DNA of 25,132 nt from a virus (Duplodnaviria > Caudoviricetes), in the IMG/VR virus record IMGVR_UViG_3300031951_001123, positions 1 through 25,132 of that record; one strand, 5' to 3'. How positions within the stretch are numbered: the stretch's first letter is position 1; each line of letters begins with the position of its first letter. This document shows positions 9,856 through 16,107 of the stretch, one piece after another. A model generated the notes under the pieces. That model worked only from the letters and a program-made list of their open reading frames with translations. It did not search any database and had not been told where the DNA came from. Both the position numbers and the translations under genes were made by a program.

Positions 9856-10415
9856 AAGTCAGTGTATGCTTGACCGGTTATAGTACCGACGAATCGCCTA
9901 GAGTATACTGTAAACACAATCAACACTATGTTGGTGACTTCACTGTGACTGGATCGCAGCAATGGTTAGACTTTTCGGTCAATCAACTAGATGCCAATCG
10001 GCTTAGCCTGGACTTTTACAACAAACGCGACTACCATACTAAAACTGACAGCCAAGGCAAAATTGTTGCAGACATGTGGATAGAAATACACGATGTAAGA
10101 TTTGACGACATATTGTTAGAAAGTTGGTTCGTTGATGATGGTTATTACGTGCCCAGATACTTTGCCAGCTACAAACGTCAGCACATCGAACTGCCAGAAC
10201 GCATTTACAGTCTAAGACGCTGGCACTTTCCTGGCGAATTTATCTTTGCAGAATTTCCCAAAGATCTTTGGGACTGGTATCGTATAGAGCGCACCAGTCG
10301 TATGCACTTGGAAAACATGGACATTGATCTACATCGCTGGGAGAAATTTGTAGGCAGTCCAGAACTGTATCCTGAACTGGTGGCCGAGATCAAGGAGTTG
10401 ATCAATGGCACATAA
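9840..10415 (+). CDS. Hypothetical protein in the radical SAM cassette
   Basis: 191 aa ORF overlapping both flanking radical SAM genes; no recognisable motif. Confidence 0.65.
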   Translation: MVDQLKVSVCLTGYSTDESPRVYCKHNQHYVGDFTVTGSQQWLDFSVNQLDANRLSLDFYNKRDYHTKTDSQGKIVADMWIEIHDVRFDDILLESWFVDDGYYVPRYFASYKRQHIELPERIYSLRRWHFPGEFIFAEFPKDLWDWYRIERTSRMHLENMDIDLHRWEKFVGSPELYPELVAEIKELINGT

Positions 10416-12003
10416 TGTAGCACTGATTATATTGCCAGTACAGGAAGTAGAACGGCCACCTGCTGGTCCTGCTATACTAAAATCAATTGCGTTACAACAA
10501 GGACATCAGTGCCGTGTGTTTGATTTTAACCTGTGGTTGTATGAGCGTGTTAATGCCGAAACCTTCTGGCGTTACGATATGTTTTTCAAAACAGATGCGT
10601 TGACCGAACAGGATGTGCAGACTGAAAAAGAAATTAGTGCGCTGTTTGAAAAGTTTCTAAGAGATCTAATTTTACCTGAAAATTTTGATATCATTGGAGC
10701 CAGTGTGTTCAGCAACTACAGCACACGAAGCACACTGGTATTTTTCCGCACACTCAAACGTTTGCCCTGGAAAGGAATCACAGTGGTTGGCGGCAGCGGA
10801 TTGACTACTCCTTACGACACTGAAAGTTTTATCGATGACCGAGGCCGACAGCAGGTCAAAACTACCAGCATGTTTGGCGAATACTTGCGTAATCTTGGAC
10901 TGGTAGATCATTTTATCATGGGCGACGCTGAGGATAGCTGGAAAGAATTCTTGGCTGACAACTATGACTTTCCTGGAATAGACAACAGAGATTACGTACA
11001 GATTAGAAATCTAGACGAGCACCCGTTTCCCAACTACGAAGACAATCCGCCTACCATCTACTATCCCACCGGCGGTATTGGTGTATATGTAAACACCAGT
11101 CGTGGCTGTTTTAGAAAATGCACTTTCTGTGATGTGCCCTGGCGCTGGCCCAAGTTTGCCTACAGAGACGGTGTCAAGGTAGCCGACGAAATGTACATGA
11201 TGTACAAAAAGTGGGGTGTCAAACTGTTTCAAATCAGCGACAGCACCATGAACGGTAACATACGTCAATGGGATAGAATGAATCGTAGACTGTTAGAACA
11301 TCGAGCTGCGGATCCTGAGTTCACTGGTCTAAAGATCTTGGGTCTAGGTGTTATACGACGCAAAAAAGACATGTCCGAAGAAAGTTGGCGTCTAATGGGC
11401 GAAGTTGGTCGCTTTACATTTTTCTGCGGTGTTGAAAGTTACAGTGAACGTGTGCGTGAGCACATGCGCAAAGGTATCAGTAATGACGACATTGACTTTC
11501 ACTTGGCCATGAGTGCCAAGTACGGTCATACCAACATGATATTGATGTTTGTTGGATATCCAACAGAGACTCTGGAAGATCATCAAAAGAACATAGAGTT
11601 TTTATACAAATACAGAAAATACATGCTGTCTGGTACTATCTGGATGGTACGCTGGGGATTCACCGGCAGTCTTGACATTGGCAGTCCATTGGCCGAGGCC
11701 ACTACCGATCTGCGTATTGTTCAGCAGGATCCCGATTTGAATCTCAGTCACTTAGTGGACAGTGACCGTAACTGGGTCTACGGTCGTAACTGGATAAACC
11801 TGGACAATCCTACACTGACCTTGGAAGAACGCATGCGTCGTCGATTGGAGATTCACGAAATCAGCTGTAAACTTGGCTACATACAGCCCAAGGTTAAAGA
11901 AGAGCTGACCATTATTAAAAAAATTCTCAGCGAGTTCAAAGGACAGTCGCAGCGCACTCGTAGAACAATACCTATAATTGGTTGGCATGAAAAGGATCAT
12001 TGA
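10405..12003 (+). CDS. Cobalamin-binding-domain radical SAM protein (class B methyltransferase-like)
   Basis: N-terminal PPAGPAILKS...DIIGASVFS...VVGGSG (B12-binding-like); TSRGCFRKCTFC; GVESYSERVREHMRKG; MFVGYPTET. Confidence 0.88.
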   Translation: MAHNVALIILPVQEVERPPAGPAILKSIALQQGHQCRVFDFNLWLYERVNAETFWRYDMFFKTDALTEQDVQTEKEISALFEKFLRDLILPENFDIIGASVFSNYSTRSTLVFFRTLKRLPWKGITVVGGSGLTTPYDTESFIDDRGRQQVKTTSMFGEYLRNLGLVDHFIMGDAEDSWKEFLADNYDFPGIDNRDYVQIRNLDEHPFPNYEDNPPTIYYPTGGIGVYVNTSRGCFRKCTFCDVPWRWPKFAYRDGVKVADEMYMMYKKWGVKLFQISDSTMNGNIRQWDRMNRRLLEHRAADPEFTGLKILGLGVIRRKKDMSEESWRLMGEVGRFTFFCGVESYSERVREHMRKGISNDDIDFHLAMSAKYGHTNMILMFVGYPTETLEDHQKNIEFLYKYRKYMLSGTIWMVRWGFTGSLDIGSPLAEATTDLRIVQQDPDLNLSHLVDSDRNWVYGRNWINLDNPTLTLEERMRRRLEIHEISCKLGYIQPKVKEELTIIKKILSEFKGQSQRTRRTIPIIGWHEKDH

Positions 12004-12521
12004 TGCCCAGCCCTAGCAAACAAAAAGGCAACAGTTTTGAACGTCAGATAGCTGACTATCTAACTGCGCTATATGGAGAGAAGTTTATACGTGCGCCGGG
12101 CTCTGGCGCCTATGTAGGCGGCAAGAACAGTCATCGCAAAGAAATGTTACACGAAGGTCAAATTCGCAGTTTCAAAGGCGACATAGTGCCGGGCGAAAGT
12201 TTCGCAAGACTCAATGCCGAATGTAAAAGCTACAAAGACTTTCCGTTTCATCAACTATTCTCCGGCACAGTAAAAATACTAGACAGTTGGATTGCACAGT
12301 GTATGGACGTGGCCGACGACGGTGACTTTAATATTATTTTTATGAAGTTCAATCGTAAAGGTCAATATGTTGCTGTACATGCACAGCCTAACACTGGCCA
12401 ATTGATTTTTACTAGACACTTTAATTACACCAGTGGACTTAACGGTCATTGGATGATTATGGAACTAGACCTGTTCTTTGAACTAAACGCTGATCAAGTC
12501 AAGGATTTATGCGCCCGGTGA
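12000..12521 (+). CDS. Holliday junction resolvase-like PD-(D/E)xK nuclease
   Basis: SKQKGNSFERQIA...RAPGSGA...GDI...ECKSYK pattern of Hjc-like phage resolvases. The ATG at 12003 is the likelier start. Confidence 0.8.
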   Translation: MMPSPSKQKGNSFERQIADYLTALYGEKFIRAPGSGAYVGGKNSHRKEMLHEGQIRSFKGDIVPGESFARLNAECKSYKDFPFHQLFSGTVKILDSWIAQCMDVADDGDFNIIFMKFNRKGQYVAVHAQPNTGQLIFTRHFNYTSGLNGHWMIMELDLFFELNADQVKDLCAR

Positions 12522-13312
12522 TAGTGTTTGCTGGCTGTAGCTATACTGCTGGACATGGATGGCACGATGATGCTGGCTTGTCCTGCACCAATCATCCAGA
12601 TCTATGGTGTAACATAGTAGCCAAAGCGTTGGGTCTACAGGCAAAAAACTACGGGCAAGGCGGCGGTAGTAACAGAGATATATTTAGAAATACAGTAGCA
12701 GCCGTGGCCGAACATGGTTCACAGATAGACAGAATCATCGTGCAGTGGACTAGCATGCCTAGATATAGATTTGAACTAGGCATCGAAGATTGGCCCACAC
12801 ACGAAACCTTACAAAATAGAAATCGCACAGATGATGTGGGCCTTGCCGGACTGCTTGTGCCTAGACACAAGATTGACAGCATCATTGATAGTTTTCTAGC
12901 TCTGCATAATCTTCACTATGAAATCTGTGATCTCATAGCAATGATTAACACGCTGACCAAATTAGCCGGTCTGATCAGTGCGGAGATCTATTACGTAAAC
13001 GGACTATGTCCTTGGGATCAGGATTACTTTACACATCGCATAGACACACACAGGCAACCAAAAGATCTTACCAAATTTACACAAGACAGCATATTAAACA
13101 CAGAATCTAGAACAGATGAACAGATATTTAGGCTCTATGATCGCATCCATGATAACTACACACACCTAGGCACAATTCAAGCAGAAAATTGGATCAATCT
13201 CTATCAAAGTTTCAAAAATCTACAGCAAGACACTAACTTAGATCATCAACATCCTGGCATTCTTAGTAATATTAGCTACGCCAATCTAGTACTTAGGCAC
13301 TTCACAAATTAA
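12509..13312 (+). CDS. SGNH/GDSL hydrolase-like protein
   Basis: Block I FAGCSYTAG, block II NYGQGGGSN, C-terminal DHQHPG (DxxH). Confidence 0.75.
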   Translation: MRPVIVFAGCSYTAGHGWHDDAGLSCTNHPDLWCNIVAKALGLQAKNYGQGGGSNRDIFRNTVAAVAEHGSQIDRIIVQWTSMPRYRFELGIEDWPTHETLQNRNRTDDVGLAGLLVPRHKIDSIIDSFLALHNLHYEICDLIAMINTLTKLAGLISAEIYYVNGLCPWDQDYFTHRIDTHRQPKDLTKFTQDSILNTESRTDEQIFRLYDRIHDNYTHLGTIQAENWINLYQSFKNLQQDTNLDHQHPGILSNISYANLVLRHFTN

Positions 13313-13320
13313 ACACTACA

Positions 13321-13652
13321 GACTCTGCTCCACTGTTTGAGTGGACCCATTGAGCCAGCCGGGGTAAGGCCCGTTGCCGGCAGATCTTGGGCGTCGAAGA
13401 AAAAGGTTAACTTAGGCCTAAATGATTAGAGCTCTGCGAAACAGATGCAACTCTAGCGTGTGTGACTTTGCTTGTATAGGGTCAACTGCGTTCCGTTGTG
13501 AGTCAAGGCTGGAGTAGGGGGTACAGCACAACCACCTCCGCTGTTGCTACAGCAACAAATCTCCTAATACAAGATGACTGTTCGAACTCAGATGATGACA
13601 GCTCATTACTTGCCCGGAAACGGGCAAGTATGACCAAAAAATCTAGATGATA
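13321..13652 (+). ncRNA. Candidate structured non-coding RNA, family not recognised; boundaries and strand approximate
   Basis: ORF-free gap between convergent genes with at least 7 stems, a perfect 10-bp GAAA-capped hairpin (13607-13630) and two loop-to-distal complementarities (13471-13477/13567-13573 and 13495-13500/13527-13532). G-U pairs and the GNRA loop favour the + strand. Confidence 0.55.
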
Positions 13653-13658
13653 ACTGAT

Positions 13659-13725
13659 ATCTCGCTTCGCTCGATGAATATGATTGATGAGCGCGAGCGA
13701 ATCAATAGATCAGCGAAGCTGATCT
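13659..13725. repeat. Cluster of three mini-hairpins with GC-GAA-GC or GC-GCGA-GC caps; two have tandem G.A mismatches and lie on opposite strands
   Basis: Minus 13675-13659 ATC-GA-GC-GAA-GC-GA-GAT; plus 13683-13706 ATTGAT-GA-GC-GCGA-GC-GA-ATCAAT; plus 13707-13725 AGATCAGC-GAA-GCTGATCT. Confidence 0.7.
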
Positions 13726-13735
13726 TGAATAGTGA

Positions 13736-14071
13736 TTAAAACTGATCTGGCCAATCACGAAATAGTGCATGTTGAATATTGTCGCCAACGAATTGATTGA
13801 AACTTTGATGTTTCTCTTCGAGTTCGCCTTGTTTTGGTGCCACTCGTTTGAATGCCTGTTCCATCTGAGCCATATCTTGGAATTCCATCAGTATCATCCA
13901 TTCGGGCATGTCTGCAATGCTACGAAAGCCCATTTTGCAACGGGTGATTCTATAACTCATCATCTTGCCTTCGCCTACCAAGTGATCAAAAAATGATCGC
14001 ATGTTATTGACCCAGTCAATGTCGGATATGTCGCCTTCTTTGTCGGCCCAGATTGTGTATAAGTCTGCCAT
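13736..14071 (-). CDS. DUF6614-like / dimeric alpha-beta barrel protein
   Basis: DLYTIWADK...FFDHLVGEGKMMSYRITRCKMGF...PEWMILMEFQDMAQMEQAF...ALFRDWPD, recalled as resembling DUF6614 (unverified). Confidence 0.55.
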   Translation of the reverse strand: MADLYTIWADKEGDISDIDWVNNMRSFFDHLVGEGKMMSYRITRCKMGFRSIADMPEWMILMEFQDMAQMEQAFKRVAPKQGELEEKHQSFNQFVGDNIQHALFRDWPDQF

Positions 14072-14076
14072 AATGT

Positions 14077-14508
14077 TTACTCCAAAGGACCTAGTGTTTC
14101 AAAGCCGTCAATTTCGCGTTTGTAGTCGTCGGCCTGATCTAGGTAAAGATATTCAAACCCTCGTTGCCGGTAGATGGCACATTCGGTTTTCAAACTGTTG
14201 ATACCCAGACGCAAGCGAGGATTTGAGTAAGTCCATGCAAATTGCAAGGCCTCGGCGTTGTGCTGGTCAAATCTTCTTATAAGACTGAATGCAACCAAGT
14301 TGTTGTGGTCGTAATAGCCAATAATGTCATTCCTGGGGTCACGATATTCGCTGTCAAAGATTGGCATCACACTGGGAAAACTTTTGTGCCTACAATAGGC
14401 ACGATAGATTTCGTTGAGTTCAGTGATGTCAGGATTTTTAATATAGGCCCAGTCTGTCAAGTCAGTGTTGTAGTTTGTGGCTGACAGTTGAATTCTAGCA
14501 TAGATCAC
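14077..14508 (-). CDS. Aminoacyl-tRNA-protein transferase C-terminal-domain-like (ATE_C/Bpt; GNAT fold) protein
   Basis: IGYYDHNNLVAFS...FAWTYSNPRLRLGINSLKTECAIYRQRGFEYLYL...YKREIDGFE parallels the ATE/Bpt C-terminal pattern (fY-DP...slG...l.ei...g..YvYLG...YK...E); GTG start overlapping the upstream stop (GTGA). Confidence 0.6.
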   Translation of the reverse strand: MIYARIQLSATNYNTDLTDWAYIKNPDITELNEIYRAYCRHKSFPSVMPIFDSEYRDPRNDIIGYYDHNNLVAFSLIRRFDQHNAEALQFAWTYSNPRLRLGINSLKTECAIYRQRGFEYLYLDQADDYKREIDGFETLGPLE

Positions 14509-15002
14509 TTTCTAGGATCCTCACGTTGATCAAACAGTTCCGCAAGATATTCTTCGGGCCAGTGTTTATAATAACCACGATCGGCCAGCATGCGAGCGTG
14601 AGCATTTAATTTTTCTAAGTCTTGTATAAAACATATAGCCCAGGTGCCTTGATTCATGGTTACACCCAAAACTTCTTCGGGATAGTCCGGATGATCAGCC
14701 AAGGCCAACAGTCCTCTAGGTACCAGGAAGCCTCGGTTGAGTGCTGCCACCTGACTGTTAAATGCCGGCGCGGTCACGGTGTTTGGATCATATACATAGG
14801 CAATAACATCATACTCATGCATGACCACAGTTCTACAGTCGGTATATGGATCTACACTGCCAGGCCTAATGTCCAGTTTGTTTTCTAGTCTTGCACGACG
14901 AGCATACGGACACGGTGGCCAGTTACCTAGCTTTGGGTTTGGTTGTTCAACAAACTGCGCCACCCAGGTGACTATATCTGCTTTTGCCTGATCAAAATTC
15001 AT
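14505..15002 (-). CDS. DUF1415/DUF6875-like Cys-Pro protein (possibly heme-binding)
   Basis: WVAQFVEQPNPKLGNWPPCPYARRA and LADHPDY motifs; start overlaps the upstream stop (TAATG). Confidence 0.5.
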   Translation of the reverse strand: MNFDQAKADIVTWVAQFVEQPNPKLGNWPPCPYARRARLENKLDIRPGSVDPYTDCRTVVMHEYDVIAYVYDPNTVTAPAFNSQVAALNRGFLVPRGLLALADHPDYPEEVLGVTMNQGTWAICFIQDLEKLNAHARMLADRGYYKHWPEEYLAELFDQREDPRK

Positions 15003-15190
15003 TAGAAATAAGGTAGTCCAGTTTTCTTAGTTGTTTCCATGTTTTCTTTAACTATGGCATTGATTGCCTTGCGCTCATTCCAACTCAACATCATGGCCTG
15101 CTCATAGTTTATACCACCGCGCATGTGCCAACACAGTCTTAGAATTTCTTCTCTGATTGTATCGGCCTCCTTTTCCATGCCGTCAATCAT
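15002..15190 (-). CDS. Small tail/baseplate assembly ORF, probably the C-terminal -1 frameshift extension of 15217..16062
   Basis: LRLCWHMRGGINYEQAMMLSWNER resembles the short helical 'T' segment of tail chaperones; the frame is open upstream to the slippery site at 15238-15232; no clear RBS. Confidence 0.65.
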   Translation of the reverse strand: MIDGMEKEADTIREEILRLCWHMRGGINYEQAMMLSWNERKAINAIVKENMETTKKTGLPYF

Positions 15191-15216
15191 GACCGCAATT
15201 TCTTCAGGGTTCTTGG

Positions 15217-16062
15217 TCAGGAGGCGTTGCCGAAAAAACTTGCTTGATCCAGAGTAAACGGTTGTGTGTAGTCGTGGTTACAGTCGCGGCAGCGCAGATT
15301 CAACGGCTGTAGTTCGCTGTTTTTGCGCATGGTTCCTATGTAATCTCTCACTGTGTTGAACACTTCGCGATCACAGTTGGCCAGCCACTCGCGTATCATT
15401 TCCATTTCAGTTACCTGTGCTGTTGGTGTGGCCACAGCCGCAATACTGCGTGCCATGCTGGTAATTGTCAGTTCGGTGAGCTGCTTGAATGCATCATTAA
15501 GACGCTGTAGTTTTTCTCTTTCGTCAAGATCAGAATCAGGAATAGCTCTGAGCAGTCGTTGTTCTTCAAACTGCAAGTTACTGATTTCCTGCATCTGACG
15601 ATAGTCTAACGGTCTAAAATAGATCTTTAGATCACCTTGGTCCAGTGCTTCGCTGTAATCTGGGCAGCGCAGTTTGTCGATGATGGTTCTAAGATCAACG
15701 CCGTACTCGTTTTCGTGTTGGCAGGCTGGACAGACAGCACCAATTTCCATGCTGTGTCCAAAACTGGCAATACGTATAGCTACCAGTAACAGATCAAGAT
15801 CTACGCTGGGAATGACCCAGGCGTCTTTGATGTTGGGCACACAGCTTTGAATCACGCTGGTAACAGCAGTGCCGTTAAACAGTGCATCTGGTGTACGATA
15901 GGTAATTTCATCTACCGCAGTCATTGGATACACCGGTAGTTCATGATTTGGCGGCATGTCCAATGAGCCAGTGGGATAGAATTTTCCGTCACTGGGCAAT
16001 TTAACATAGATTGCAGGTTGGCGGAAATACCCGCTAAGTGGGTTTTTGGATGGTTCTGACAT
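15217..16062 (-). CDS. Baseplate hub assembly protein / tail assembly chaperone (T4 gp26/gp51-like)
   Basis: YVKLPSDGKFY, PMTAVDE, DLDLLLVAIRIASFG, CPAC and CRDC Zn-type motifs, C-terminal SFFG; divergent from the tape-measure-like gene. Confidence 0.72.
   Translation of the reverse strand: MSEPSKNPLSGYFRQPAIYVKLPSDGKFYPTGSLDMPPNHELPVYPMTAVDEITYRTPDALFNGTAVTSVIQSCVPNIKDAWVIPSVDLDLLLVAIRIASFGHSMEIGAVCPACQHENEYGVDLRTIIDKLRCPDYSEALDQGDLKIYFRPLDYRQMQEISNLQFEEQRLLRAIPDSDLDEREKLQRLNDAFKQLTELTITSMARSIAAVATPTAQVTEMEMIREWLANCDREVFNTVRDYIGTMRKNSELQPLNLRCRDCNHDYTQPFTLDQASFFGNAS
15232..15238 (-). other. Putative -1 programmed ribosomal frameshift heptamer T TTT TTC
   Basis: In-frame X XXY YYZ heptamer (AGT TTT TTC) four sense codons before the stop; the -1 frame joins the downstream ORF without a stop. 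Confidence 0.65.
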
Positions 16063-16074
16063 GGATTTTGCCTT

Positions 16075-16098
16075 CGGTAAATATGTAAACTACTTATA
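16075..16098. promoter_or_regulatory. Pair of oppositely oriented putative late promoters serving the divergent genes
   Basis: CGGTAAATA on + (16075-16083) before the tape measure gene; TATAAGTA on - (16098-16091) before the gp26-like gene. Confidence 0.6.
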
Positions 16099-16107
16099 AC
16101 CCCTAAA

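Noticed and set aside
13607-13640. The GAAA hairpin as merely a terminator
   Set aside because: It has no U-tract on +. On - the T run precedes rather than follows the stem. It would not explain the other stems.
13313-13735. tRNA, tmRNA, RNase P, group I/II intron or hammerhead identity for the intergenic element
   Set aside because: No cloverleaf despite a TTCGAA at 13581, no tmRNA termini, no GAGGAAAGTCC, no group II domain V or group I R/S consensus, no CTGATGA core; it also does not interrupt a gene.
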